A stretch of 64,000 bases of DNA from Mobula hypostoma (GCF_963921235.1 NC_086108.1:49850001-49914000); one strand, 5' to 3'. Positions 51,649 through 64,000 are shown, counted from the stretch's first letter. Notes: generated by a model from the sequence alone, not told the origin. Made by a program: numbers and translations.

Positions 51649-52477
51649 CATTCGATTCTGGTTAATTTGGACACATCGGAACCATACATTTTGGCCCAAT
51701 TAAGCAGCTGTTCCATTTACATTTACATTTAAGGTTTCATGGAAGCCTTAAAAAGTTAAGAAGGTATTAAAAGACAAACTACCATTTAGCTGAGTAACAC
51801 ATTATGTATTTAAATGAAATACAGTGCAAATTAGGACACCAGCAATATGACTACAGTACTATTAAACTGAGCATTGGTTACTAATCATTATCGACAGAGG
51901 AATTCATGCAGTGTACACTGCCATGTTCTTTTGATTGTCTGTAAATAAACAAAATCAGCGCAGACACCCAGTACAGATAATGGACTGCATTCATACAATG
52001 CTTTCAATGATTGCATCCTCCAAATCTTCATTTTCATTGCAACATTCAAGATTATTGTCAATACCTTTAAATTCTTCCTAGCTGAAGTAATGAAATTATT
52101 GTTATTGTTATTTCTGGCATCTCCATGCTTGAAACTGCAGTGAACAAAATGGTTCTGAACTGTCTTGCTGCTTACTTCTCATCAACTATCAGTGACAAAA
52201 ATTAATGCTTATTGAATACAAAAACATGCAACTGATGCTATTTAAAAACTGCTTGCCCTAAGCAAGGTGTACTGTCTAATGGCCATGCTAGCACATGTGA
52301 CTGACACTAGTTAGAAACTCTTCAGCAACAGTCTCCTGTTTCAATTAAGTGGCACTGTGTCCCAAATAAACAAATGGAATCCTGGCTACTTTATCGATTG
52401 GTTTTTGTTCTTTAAAATTTGTCCCAAATAAGCGACTGCCCTGATTAACTGATTGTCCAATTAACCAGAATCCACTG
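51649..52477. mobile_element. Tigger/pogo-type non-autonomous DNA transposon
   Basis: TA flanks at 51647-51648 and 52478-52479; TIR cattcgattctggttaatttggaca vs reverse complement cagtggattctggttaattggaca; acidic transposase-tail remnant on the minus strand. Confidence 0.85.
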
Positions 52478-54524
52478 TATTTAGCTAATCATTATATAGT
52501 ATAGTATATATTCTTCCTCCTATATTACTATACAAATGCCTCTCTAACTAAACATAACTATAAATACTTGGTATTACATATTTTCTGAATAACAACAATT
52601 TTCATCAAACTTAACACTATTTAATGCATTACTAAATATCATAACAATATCTACTTTGGCTGCCTTTCAGTATTCCCTCCTCTTCCCTTTGTTTTTAAAG
52701 TTGTCTTATAGCACGATGTCTAGCTCATAAACAGTGCTTCTCCCTTGTACTTCTTTTCCTTCCTATTTTTGCAGTGTGGATCCAGTCACTGCTTTCCATT
52801 CGGTGGCATGTCCCTCAGCCAGGTCACGGCCCCTCCAGTCCTGCTCTGTGAGAGCACCCAAGATGCACTGTTTGCCTAGGACTTGACCTTCCAGTGCAAA
52901 GATGAAGCTGCTTGACTTGTTCTTTCTTTTGTGGATTAGATGGTCACAATCTGAAGTGCCCTGATCAACACAGTTCAGACATAGTACTGGCAGGTAAAGT
53001 CATTGTCCTCTTTAAAATTCCATTATTTTCCCTTTGCCAGCTCTATGCTTCCACTGGCCTTTTTATCATTCTCCTTCATAACCAGGCTGCAGAGCTTGGT
53101 GCAGAGTGAGAAGGCTGTGAGGATTTTGAATTTCCACATAGCACAGGGAATTTTTTAAAGAATGCCCATACTAACCACAGTCTAGCTTGGGCAGAAGAGG
53201 GTTCACCCAGGTCTGGTTTGCAGGGACAGAAATACAATGTAGAAGACACTGAGGCTTTGGCAGCAACAGCAGCAAAATGGTATCGATAAAGTCATTTTCC
53301 AAACCAGTATTTTATTGGTCTTATTCTGTGAATAGGTTTCATTTCCAATGTAGAAAAAATAGAAAAAAGATGAATGGGGAAAATGGACCCAAAAGCTTAC
53401 TTCAGTTCAAAAAAAAATTAACAAGACATTTAAAAATGTACAGTTGAACTGACAAGCCACAGATAATTAGACAATTCTGAAACCTCACCATTAGATTCCT
53501 GATTGACAAAGACAAGTTGTATAAACTAGAAGCAAAGTTGACGAATACCCCAGCATTCCAGGCACTAGAAAAATTACTGCTGGTGAATATGTAAACAGGA
53601 GATATAGGGGCCTTCACAACACTACCACTTTAAGCATCATGTTTCAAATGTGGCTAACAGTTTTTAATTTTTTCAGATGAACAAGTTATCCCGCAATTAA
53701 TGATCTTAGTGCTCAGGATCCCTTCAGCAGTATTAACAATGTTGGTTTGCTAACATCCTTACTGAAAGAATACAATGGTTATTCTGAGATGTTCCAGATA
53801 CCTTTAAAATTACTTCTTTCCTTGAATAAAATTGGGTCCAGAGAGGCAGTGTTTGCAAATGTTTGGGATGATGCATGAGCAATTCCATACTGGGTGTTTC
53901 CAAAAACTCAAATGGTTTATTTTAAGATTTTTTTAAAATTGAAAGCAAACTTGTTTTCTTTCACCAATCCATTTCTCAACAATGTGACTGGGTACTATAT
54001 CCACAAAATCATTACAAATTCATTTTGAAGTTCCCAAGGCATTTTCTATCCCGTAATAAATGAATTGCATCTCCAGGGCAGTTAGAATGTGCTGGACTTT
54101 AATATACCGCTTTGCCTGACTGAAAATGGTAACTTAAGAAAAACATAAATAAATGAAAATATACAGGGGATATAGGCCCCAAGAGTCAAAACACAGAGCT
54201 ACTGGAGTTAGAGGACATTTACAAACAGAACAGCCAAGAATGCTCAAGCATCATATAATTAATAAAGAGAATCAGCAAGAGTTTTAGAAAACATTATATG
54301 AATTTATCTATTTGATCACCAAACAATGGTGGCCTGGGAAGGAGATAATAGAAATAAAAAGTTCTGCAATTTGAGGTTCATGGATCAGACAGTGTTCTAA
54401 CATTTGTAGTACTTTTCAGTAAATAAGAGATGACTGGAATCCAAGATGGTGGTCTGGCAAAGAAGTAATTATCTCCTTCACCACATTTTAAGAACGGAAG
54501 TACAACTTACTGCATAGTCAGATT

Positions 54525-55350
54525 AGTTGGACTTCCTAATGAGTGGATCCCAGACAGTCAGGATACACAAACGCTCCTTCCTCCCCGTCATCCTCAACAT
54601 AGGTGCCCCCCAGGACAGAGTGCTGAGCCCATTGCTGTATACTTTGCTTACATATGACTGCAACAGCCTATCACCCAAGCAATGACATTGTCCAGTTCGT
54701 CGATGACACGACAGTGGTGGGGCTCATCAACAATGATGAGACAACTTACAGAGAGGAGGCGGAGGAGCTAAAGGCCTGGTGCCAGGCAAATAACCTCTTC
54801 CTTAATATCAACTGGACAAAGGAGATGGTTACCAACTTCAGGAAAACTCATACCACTCACACCCTTGCTTACATCAGGAGCACAGTAGTGGAAACTGCAG
54901 GCAGTTTCAAACTCCAGGGCATGCAGATTACACACAGCCTCTCATGATCCTAGAACACATCCCACACAGTCAAGAAAGCTCACCAATGCCTCTAATTTCT
55001 GAGGAGTCTGAAGAGACCTCAACTTTGCACATCTATACTCATGTCATTCTACAGCTGCACGATAGAGAGCATCCTAACATGCTGCATCATTGTTTGGTAT
55101 GGAAACTGCACTACACTGCACAGGACGGCTCTACAACGGGTAGTCAGAACTGCCCAATGCATCACTGGCACCAGCTTACCTGCCATCAAGGACATATATG
55201 CAGAAAAGGGGTAGTAACATCCACACACCTTGCTCATGGACTGTTTGTCCCACTGCCATAAGGGAGAAGGCTACGCAGCATTCTCAACAGGACCACCAGA
55301 TTGAAGAACGGTTACTTTCCCCAAGCAGTGAGGCTGATCAACACCTCCAC
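54525..55350 (+). mobile_element. Rex1/Babar-type LINE RT fragment
   Basis: GAPQDRVLSPLLYTL, IVQFVDDTTVVGLINNDETTYREE, TKEMVTNFRK. Confidence 0.88.
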
Positions 55351-55480
55351 CACTACTTTATTTCCCATCAGTCACCTTATCACTTTATAACACGGGCTTC
55401 CAACATTTTTCTATGCCACGGACTTTAAGAAACTGAAAGCATGATTGAAAATTGTAGCTTATATGAAGTGTAAACACCAC

Positions 55481-55483
<3 letters not shown>

Positions 55484-55516
<33 letters not shown>

Positions 55517-55523
55517 TACTACT
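55484..55523. repeat. (TTA)n microsatellite
   Basis: Direct reading. Confidence 0.9.
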
Positions 55524-56871
55524 CATTCATGCATGGACATGAGTGTCACTGTTGAGGGAGGCAAATACTGGCCTTCTTTAGTTGCCTGAGAAGGAGGCAG
55601 GCCACCTTCCTGCAATAATTTAATGCAGCAGAAAGGATTGCCAAGTCATTTCCTGGACACTCAAGGCCCAACAGCACCTTTCTTATTCTAAAAACAATTT
55701 GCAAAAAGTATTTGCATTCTCATCACCTGCTACTGAGATTTGTGCTCTTCATGTTGTGTTTTATATCACAAAATCCATGCCAACTGAGCCATCACATACA
55801 GGCAAACATATCCAATTTTTGTCTGTATAATTTCCTGCCAGAACCCCCATATACCTTAAGGACTTGTGGAAACGTGGAAATGATATTTTCCCAAATACAT
55901 TCTATTCGTGAAGATCTCCATTAAAACTTAAAGAAAATTTTCCTCTCTGCAAATCAGATTTTATTAGTGTTGTGTATTTAGTATTTCAGTAGCATTTGAG
56001 TAATATTGTAAATATTAAGCAGCCTTGTTTGTTTGAATAATTCATTACAGGTTATATGATAAAATAAGTGAATTGCTCATGTCATGACACTACCACGTGA
56101 ACAAACTAAGACCTGCATCTCTCGGCTCTGTCATTTTTCTTTGTATTAGTTTAATGTTTTGGAGTTCCAAAACGTAACAGTTGCGATAAGGAAGTTTTAA
56201 ACAAACCCACAACAGCTACCTGTCTGTTGAAGTGCAGTGAGATGTTTGAGTTTTAAAAAAAAGCACAGTGAGGAATGGGTAAGTAAAAAATAATCACAGC
56301 ACGTGTTCTTCAGAAGGGGAGAACACACTCAAGTTTAAAAAAGGCAGAAAACAGACAAAGTCACAGGTTCATAAACAGTAAGTAGTGGATGGTAATAACC
56401 ATAAAAAGAGAGCAGAAACAGTTGGCCACATCGGAAATATTGACAAGTTTGATTACACAACAGATAACTGGATTTTGTATACTGAATGAATTGAGCAGTA
56501 TTTTAAAGCAAATGGAATAGCCAATGAGGAGTGAGGGCCAATTTTGCTGAGTACATTGGATTTAAAGGTATAGTTTGCTTGGGAGTTTGAGTGCTCCAAC
56601 CAAAGCAGCAGAAATGATCTTTGCTGATATTGTGAAGGTACTGTAGGAGCAATTAGAACCAAAACCATTGTTCTTTACAGACCACATTAGGTTTCATGAT
56701 CAGAATCAAAAAGAAGTGGTGTTCATTTCAGCATACATGACTGAACTGAAGAGATTATCCAAGCATTGTCAATTCAATGATGGGCTTAATGATGCACTAA
56801 GAGATCATTTAGTTTGTGGAATCTTACAAGAAAGCATTCAAAGACAGCTCCCAACTGAAGCACAACTTATT

Positions 56872-58467
56872 CAGGTTTCCACCGCCATCCGAAGGTAGAG
56901 TGTTCCTATGAAACAGATCATAAGCCAGAATGTCGTAAAGTGAAGAAGCAATTACCATTTATTTATATGGGAAAAATTTGTGAGCGTTCGCAGACCCAAA
57001 AAATAACCTACGAAATCATGCCAAATAACACATAAAACCAAAAGTAACAGTAACATGTAGTAAAAGCAGCAATGATATGATAAATACACAGCCTATACTG
57101 TTTAAAGTAGAAATACTTTTCTACAATCATTGCTGCACTGTTCTCCGTAGCGAAAATCTCATGCAAGCACTCTCAGCAGAAACACACTCTCCAGTAACCT
57201 TTAAGCTATGAAGCTGCCACATCATACCAAATAACGCATAAAAATACACAACTTACATAAAGTAAAAATAACGTATTTACAGTGTAGTATCACTTACCAT
57301 AATCGGGAAGACAGCGCCGAGCACACTGATGATGGTGTGTTAGGCTAAGTCGTCGGAGATTGGGGTGGTGCAGTGGTCCCCAACCTCCAGGCAGCGAACC
57401 AATACAGATCCGTGGAGAATACAGCGAAGCACATCTTTAAGAAAAAAGCTGAAATAAACAAGCTAATTAATTAGGTGCCACTCAACACATAAATGTCGGC
57501 CCAGATCAGAGGTGACACACCGACATTTACGTGCCGGGCGGCACCTAATTAATTAGCTTGTTTATTTCAGCTTTTTTCTTAAAGATGTGTTGGGTGCATC
57601 CCGGCTACCACTGCATTCTCCGCGGCAATGTATTGGTCCGCGGCCCGGGGGTTGGGGTGGTGGGACACTGGGGTGTCATCTCATCGTCGTCTGTTTCCAT
57701 CAGGGCAGGGAGGTCATCTTCTTCTATATCTGCCTGCCTCGATGTTGAAGGTCGAGGTTCATCGTCTGCTGTGGCTGATGTGGAAGGCTTGAAAACGACA
57801 GTATGCTTGACTGCTTAGCCTCGCGCATTTTTCTATCATACAGTTCTTTGTAAGCACTCAAACCATCCTGCAAATATGCCCTAAAGCTACGTATCCTTTC
57901 AAAATTAAAGTCGTACTTTTCTACAATCATTGCAGAGAAAATCTCATGCAGTTGCTTCACGTTCAGTTCCTGGATGACTTCACCTTTGGTCCGTTCGCTA
58001 CTGCATTCGGTTTCCATTTTTATCCTTTCCTCTCCCAATTTCCTCAGCTCTTCATCTATCGGTTCTTAGTCATGGGATGCCAAAACCTCTTCAACATCAT
58101 CTCCGTCAACTTCCACAAGCCAAACTCACTTTGTCTTTACTTCGTTCACCACGATCGAACTGCTTAATTACGTCTAGTTTTACGCAAAGTGTAACACCCT
58201 TATGAGCTCTTTTAGGCTTTTCCGATACCTTAGAACTCATCTTGCTAACGGCTGCTCACAGGCATATGTTTAAGCAATGCCGGCTAGAATGCAGTTCCGA
58301 ATCTGGGGAGGAGCTTGGCTGCTCGGGGTGCACGGTGCTTTTTTCGCACGCTGCCTTTTTTTGTAACAGTGAAAACATCTTCTGTTAGCGAAAACAGGTA
58401 ACTAATGTAGGTCTTTCGTAACAGTGAGGTTTCATAAAGCGAACGCTCGAAAAGTGGGGATCAGCTG
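56872..58467 (-). mobile_element. Tigger-type non-autonomous element inserted in Gypsy gag
   Basis: Interrupts gag between EAQL and FKR..KIAVSMETA; CAG..CTG ends followed by TA; minus strand MSSKVSEKPKRAHKGVTLCVKLDVIKQFDRGE fused to EVDGDDVEEVLASHD*EPIDEEL (TIGD-like N- and C-termini). Confidence 0.85.
57371..57670. mobile_element. Fold-back hAT(Charlie)-like MITE inside the Tigger element
   Basis: Starts cagtggtccccaacc; perfect 44-bp inverted arm cacatctttaagaaaaaagctgaaataaacaagctaattaattag with its complement at ~57545-57589. Confidence 0.65.
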
Positions 58468-59311
58468 TATTTAAAAGAGGTGTTAAAATTGCTGTATCAA
58501 TGGAAACAGCAGAGGCTCAAATGGGTTGTAGTCAGGAATGAAAGTGAGGATAAACAAAATTGCAACATCTAAACAGAAACCAGCCTGGCCAAACAAATTG
58601 TGTTGTTACCATTGTGGTGTCAGCTCACATACACCAGCCTAATGCAGATTTAAAGTCAAAACTTGCAAAAAATGCAACAAAGTAGGACACATACAAAGAG
58701 AACGTCGGGTAGACAAAAATAAATGGACTGAACAGGGAGGAGAAAAAGATAAAAAGTCAAAGTGCAGTGTCAAAAAGAGCACAAATCTGTATACTGTTGA
58801 TGAAAATACTGATAATGACGACAGTGACACAGGACTGGCTAACATTAAGGTTGTCAATGTGAAAACTAACAATGGACAAGCAACATGGCTTACACTAGAG
58901 GTGAACGGCAAGTTAATTAAAATGGAATTGACCTCTGGCTCGGCTGTTTCAGTCATTCAACAAAATGAGTTCGAACCGCATTTCAAAGATACAGAAATTG
59001 AAACCTGGAGGTATCCATCTAAGAACTTACACTGGAGAAAAGATAACTCCTGTGGGAATGACATTCATAACAGTGAAATCCAACAACCAACAAGCCACAT
59101 TGAGCTTGTATGTGATTAAAAACAAGAGGGCCATCACTGTGGGGGTGTGATTGACTGAAACAACTATAACTTGATTGTTGATTCATCCACTATTTATATG
59201 CCACACCCCTTGCAATAGAGTCATCTAAAAGTGAATTAAGAAAGATACTGGATGATGCCACAACTGTCTCTGTGCTATACATCATGAACCTTTGTCCAAG
59301 AGAGTAAACAG

Positions 59312-59860
59312 GTGTTGGAGCCGACCTCTCTGTTTCTCTGATTGGAAAGCACTGGACCTGGAAGGACCATGCTGCTCAGAGAAATCGTGAAAGTAACAAA
59401 AGCAGTGGTCCAAAGGCAACAGTTTTAGTAGGCAACATATCTGACAAAGCTTCTGGTATGATAACCAGGCAGTTACTTGCAAAATGTGTCTTGGTTTTAA
59501 ACTGGGAGAGAATTCAAGGAGCTTCAGGAAAGTTGCAAGCATTTAGCTTTTGTGAGTATAAAGAAACCAGAATCTACTCTGTTTGCATTAAGGTTATTGC
59601 ATGAACTTCAAGTGGGAGACAAAAAGCTGTTTATAGAAGTAGATGCAAGGACCAAAGCCCAGCTGGATGAATGGAAGGCAAAAAAGAGAGGAGTCAATGG
59701 AGATACGAAAACAGAGAATTCGTCAGATGATGTTGTGGTTGAGGAAACAAAAAGGAGAGATCAGATCGTAAAGGCAGCAATAGAAGGATTAGTAAGAGAA
59801 TACTCCAGTGAACTAAATACACTTCTCAAGATCAAGATGCACAAACTAGGAGAAAAAGAA
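59312..59860 (+). pseudogene. RBM25: Processed fragment of RNA-binding motif protein 25 (RRM and following helix)
   Basis: GPKATVLVGNISDKASGMITRQLLAKCVLVLNWERIQGASGKLQAFSFCEYKE/PESTLFALRLLHELQVGDKKLFIEVDARTKAQLDEWKAKK..EETKRRDQIVKAAIEGLVREYSSELN matches the vertebrate RBM25 N-terminus as I recall it; intronless, frameshifted. Confidence 0.93.
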
Positions 59861-60156
59861 AGGTGTTCAGAGCTGTCAGAACCACTTCCTGCAGTCTCAG
59901 AGTCAACTCCCAAAACCACCACGGAGGAGACTCCGGAACCTGAGGTTGTTTTCATGGCCATAAGTCTCACCTGGCAAGCAGAGTGACCCCCTTGTCAGGA
60001 AAGACGTTATCCCACAAGAGTAAGAAATCCTCCACAGCAATTAAATCTTTTAGCCTGAATGGGACAATTTAAAATTTACTCTGCTGCGGGCGCACTTATG
60101 TGGTAAGTTGTATTTTATTTAATATTATGTGTATATAATTGATCAATTCTCTATTG

Positions 60157-60648
60157 CAGGGTTTCTCAGCTGGGACTCCAAGGGTGCCGGGGGTTCTGCA
60201 AGAGATCATGATTTAAAAAAATAAACATCGTTTTTTGAATTTCACATGATACGCAATGCGAGTGCTTGCAGTGGTGGGCAGTGACCGAGCGACCCCCTTT
60301 AGTAATTTCATTAGAGATTTAGTCGAGTCCATTCTCAGTCTTTGACGTGAGATGGGGAGGCCGTTGATAATCGGTGAGGGGAGGGGAGGACGGTAGGCTG
60401 ATAAGGAGTATGAAGTGCGTTTTCCAAGCATTGAATGGACTTGCCCAACTTGGGCTGTGACATCAGTTCTCCCTCCCAAATTACCTCCCCCAACTTCCCC
60501 TTAAGCACCGTCATATCCAGAAACAAAAGGCCTGTTTTGGAGGAACTGTATTGGCACCTGTACTGATGGTGCCCCTTCAGTGGCTGACTCCATGCAAGGT
60601 TTTGTTTCTCTTGTAAAAAAAAAGAAAATCCTGACATTGTCAAAATAA
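60157..60648 (+). mobile_element. hAT (Charlie/Buster-type) left end plus transposase fragment
   Basis: Begins cagggtttctcagctggg (Charlie-like TIR); 60520-60645 reads ETKGLFWRNCIGTCTDGAPSVADSMQGFVSLVKK/ENPDIV. Confidence 0.75.
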
Positions 60649-61599
60649 CTAAACCACAAAACATGCAGCAGTCATTCCTGCCCTTATGACAGCCCATCTA
60701 CTTCACACTGTAGTCCTGGAACCAAGGGCGTGACAGAGAATATTCTAGAAAATGCACCAATTATTTGCATGTGAAGAACTGTAGATTAGATGCAGCATCA
60801 AGATCGTGTTACTGAACCATAACCCACAGCCCAAATTTGGAGTAATGAATATATGAGTGATGTATTACACATTTTAGTTTTTCCCTCTGATCTGAAAGAA
60901 TTGATCAAAAATAATCATAATGATATTTATAGATAACCAAAGACCTAAGATGGTAAAATAAAAGCATTTTTTAAAATTAGAGCATGATTTCAAGATCATC
61001 CCCATATGATTCCAAGCATGGATCAACGGCCATTCCATTGAGAAATCAAAATGTAGAGCCTTACATAATAAACTGGTCTGCAGTTTGATTTCTAAATGGA
61101 CTGCCTTAAACTACAATTCCAATCTAAGGCATTGGCTTCAACATCATGGTTGATTTTCAGGCCATGCCATCAGTCTGTCTTCCCATGTAGTGCCAAATTA
61201 TTGAGGAGTTTCTCCAAACCTAAAAGCTAAAATGTAGCATGTGTGAAGAATCTTGGGTGGAAAGTATTTTTCCATCTGTTCTAAACTTCACTTCAGACAT
61301 AGAGAGCAGGATTCTCCTTTGGTTTTCTACACATTGCCCTTCCTTTCTGAGTCTTGACATCAGACAAACGCCTTTCAGAACAAAATCTAAAAAACTTCAG
61401 AACAAGTATTCCCGAACTTTACAACATTGTTTAACTTTTTATAAAATTCAGCTATAATTCTTATAGAAGATGTCTTTCATTTATTGAGAAAGTTTTCAAA
61501 CAGTTTCAGTTTCATGTCAGTGGTATGGTACAAACATAGATGCGATGTGTAGGAAGTCTGTGAGGAAGGATATGCAGTTGACAGAGCAAAATTTCAGTC

Positions 61600-62812
61600 A
61601 GTGGGATTGGTTAAAATGTGTCTATTTTAATGCAAGATATATCAGGTGATGCACTTAGAGCATGGGTCAGTTCCTGGAACTAACAATGTTGTGCCCATTA
61701 CAGAGACTTGGCTGTCATAAGGGCAGGAATGACTGCTGCATGTTTTGTGGTTTAGTTGTTTCAAACAGGACAGGGAGAGAGGTGAAAGAAGTGGGGGAGT
61801 GGCATTGCTAATCAGGGCTAGTATCACAGCTGCAGAAAGGGAGGATGTCAAGGACGGATTATCTGCTGAGTCAGTGTGGACGTAAGTCAGAAATGGGGAA
61901 TAGAACAGCAGCAATCACTCCATTAGGAGTATTCTATAACATCAGAGACACTAAAGAACAGATCAGGAGGCATTTTTTGGAAAAGTGCAGATATAAAAGG
62001 TTTGTTGCTATGGCGGGGGGTCTTCTATTTTCCTAACTTTGATTGGCGCCTCCTTAGTGCAAAGGTGTATATGGGGTCAGAATTTGTTAGGTGTGCCCGG
62101 TAAGGATTACTGACTCAATATGTGGACAGGCCAACTAGGCGAGAGGCCATATTGGATTTAGTATTAGACAATGAACCAGATCAGATGTCAGATCTCTCAG
62201 TGGGAAAGCATTTCAGAGACAGTGACTACAAATCACTAACCTTTACCATAGCCTTGGAGAGGATATGGGAAAGTATTTAATTGGGGAGGGAGACTTGTAA
62301 TGCTATTAGGTAGGAACTGGGGAACATAAATTGATTGGGAACAGATGTACACAGGGAAATGCACAACAGAAATGCGGGGGTTGTTTAGGGAGCACTTACT
62401 GAGAGTTCTGGATAGGTTTGTCCCAATGAGGCAGGAAAAGGATAGTAGGCTGAAGAAACAATGGTTGACAAGACAATGTGGAACATCTAGTCAAGAAGAA
62501 GAAAGCAGCTTAAGAAGCAAGGGCTAGATAGGGCTCTAGAGAGATACAAGCTAGCCAGGAAGGAGCTGAAGAGCTAGAAGGGGGCATGAGAAGATCTTGG
62601 TGAGTAGGATTAAGGAAAGTCCCAAGGTGTTCTACACATACATGAAGAACAGGAGGAAAGCCAGAGAGAGAATAGGGCTGATTAGAAAATAGAGGAAGCA
62701 TGCAATCAGAGTCAGTAGGGTGAGATCCTTAATGAATACTTTGCTTCAGTAGTCACCAGTGAGAGAGACTTTGATGTTCGTGAGGACAGTGCAAACTGGC
62801 TGAAATACTTAA
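61600..62812 (+). mobile_element. CR1 ORF2 endonuclease/linker fragment (second subfamily)
   Basis: YFNAR, VVPITETWL, GGVALLI, PTRREAILDLVL, HFRDSDY, ILNEYFASV. Confidence 0.8.
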
Positions 62813-63790
62813 ACAGCATCCTGATGTTTGAGGGGGAAAGGGGGACCTTCCTCGACAGTATGTTGTTCCATGTACCAAACCATAAGTAAAAGAGACGTCG
62901 CTGTTGTTGATGCGTAGGGTGGATTTGTATTTCATTACGGTCTGAATATCCACCACATGTGCCCCGTGTCTCTACTCTCATAGTAATGGCTGTATATTCT
63001 CTGCGAATAATCTTGTTTTGTCTTCCTGATGGTGCCAGAAAGCGCATCTCTTGCTGACCTGAGAGCTGTGTTATTGCCCAATCTGATAGCAGTAACCCGA
63101 TGTTTCAGCCATGCCCGGGCCTCGGCTGCCAGCCATGGCTTCTGATTTGCCCTCACGAAGATGCATCTAATAATGGTGATGTCCTCAAGGCACTTCTCTA
63201 TATAGCCAGTCACAGATCCTGCATATTCACCAGTGTTAATACGATGGTTACAGGTAGCTGCCTTCCCACGCTCCTGTGCATGTTTTCAAAACAGTCCCGC
63301 AATACTGCAGTTGCTCCTTCTGGCCAGGGAGTTGGTACAAACTAGGTCTAATGTGTTCTCACCTATGGTAGCAAAGTCCACATTCTGATAGGATTTAGGT
63401 GGGACTGTTTTTTTAAGTTTGCATGGTTGAAGTTGCCAGCAACAATTATAAAACCACTGAAGTATGTGACGTGGAGGATACTGATGGCATCGTATGGCCC
63501 AATGTGCTTCCCCAGCATTAGCCCATGGGGGGGGGGGTGGTATAGACAGCCACAATCACAACAGCATTGAACTCCCTCCGTAAATAGAAAGGCCTGAAGC
63601 TCACTGTTAAAAACTCTACCAGAGGCGAACACTACCGAGGCGCTCACACACCAGTTCTTTTTAACGTAGATACATTAACCTCCCTGCAGGTCACGGGATT
63701 TCTGTCTGCCCAAAAGCTGATGGAACCCTCTAGATGGCCGCTTTAGGGATGGTTTCCTGGAGCCTTGTTTCTGTCAGAATGCTTCATCAC
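62813..63790 (-). mobile_element. Rex1/Babar-type LINE endonuclease region
   Basis: FIIVAGNFNHANLK, TIGENTLDLV, GYIEKCLED..RANQKPWLAAE..IRKTKQDY. Confidence 0.8.
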
Positions 63791-63834
63791 TCGGCGATTC
63801 AGTTACAGACACAGATAATCTGGTTTATTTTCCA

Positions 63835-63980
63835 GTAATTTTTGTGTAGTAGGAGAATTAAGGGTTATGGAGAAAGGGCAGGTAGGCGGAAATGAGCCAT
63901 ATCAGCCATGATCTTATTGAATAGCAGAGCAGGCTGGACTGGCCAGATGGCCAACTCCTGCTCATATTTCTTAGACTTTT
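63835..63980 (+). mobile_element. CR1 3' UTR
   Basis: aagggttatggagaaagggcagg..atcagccatgatcttattgaatagcagagcagg..ctcctgctcatatttctta. Confidence 0.75.
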
Positions 63981-64000
63981 ATGTAATCAAACACTGGAGA

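Larger units (their letters stand above)
55968..60156 (+). mobile_element. Gypsy LTR retrotransposon: 5' LTR, gag, protease and pol tail; RT/RH/IN core replaced by RBM25 cDNA; 3' LTR absent
   Basis: LTR 55968-56179 TG..CA; PBS-like gttgcgataag; gag GNIDKFD..DNWILYTE*IEQYFKANGI and ELKRLSKHCQFNDGLNDALRDHLVCGI; double zinc knuckle at ~58605-58700; protease EVNGKLIKMEL.SGSAVSVI; tail RRYPTRVRNPPQQLNL. Confidence 0.9.

Noticed and set aside
52775..52993. Possible coding exon (strong pyrimidine tract plus CAG ... CAG|GTAAAG)
   Set aside because: Stop codons in all three frames; a non-coding exon cannot be supported without RNA data.
59312..59860. Exon of the real RBM25 gene
   Set aside because: Frameshifted, no splice donor at the 3' end, embedded in Gypsy pol, and no other RBM25 exons in the window.
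59552..59986. Functional RBM25-Gypsy fusion protein
   Set aside because: Starts at a GTG beside a frameshift in mid-RRM, has another frameshift near 59820, and conserved residues are substituted; consistent with neutral decay.

Overview
Eukaryotic, AT-rich, transposon-dense DNA with no intact host gene that I can support. It reads as a large intron or intergenic region. The repeat mix (CR1 LINEs, Rex1/Babar LINEs, V-SINE-like SINEs, Penelope-like 3' ends) suggests a cartilaginous fish, probably a ray; this is inference. Nearly all ORFs in the track are decayed TE fragments or noise. Highlights: (1) an intronless RBM25 cDNA fragment replacing the RT/RNaseH/integrase core of a Gypsy LTR retrotransposon; (2) short Penelope-like elements carrying a minimal hammerhead ribozyme motif, two of them with inverted architecture and 16-bp TSDs; (3) an 11 x 44-bp minisatellite born from CR1 coding sequence whose variants co-vary to preserve a hairpin; (4) a templated copy of flanking DNA inside an L1; (5) a Hero/R4-type element end with a highly structured 3' UTR; (6) Harbinger, Tigger and hAT derivatives and solo LTRs. 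Boundaries of old repeats are approximate (tens of bp), and family calls rest on recognised motifs, not database searches.
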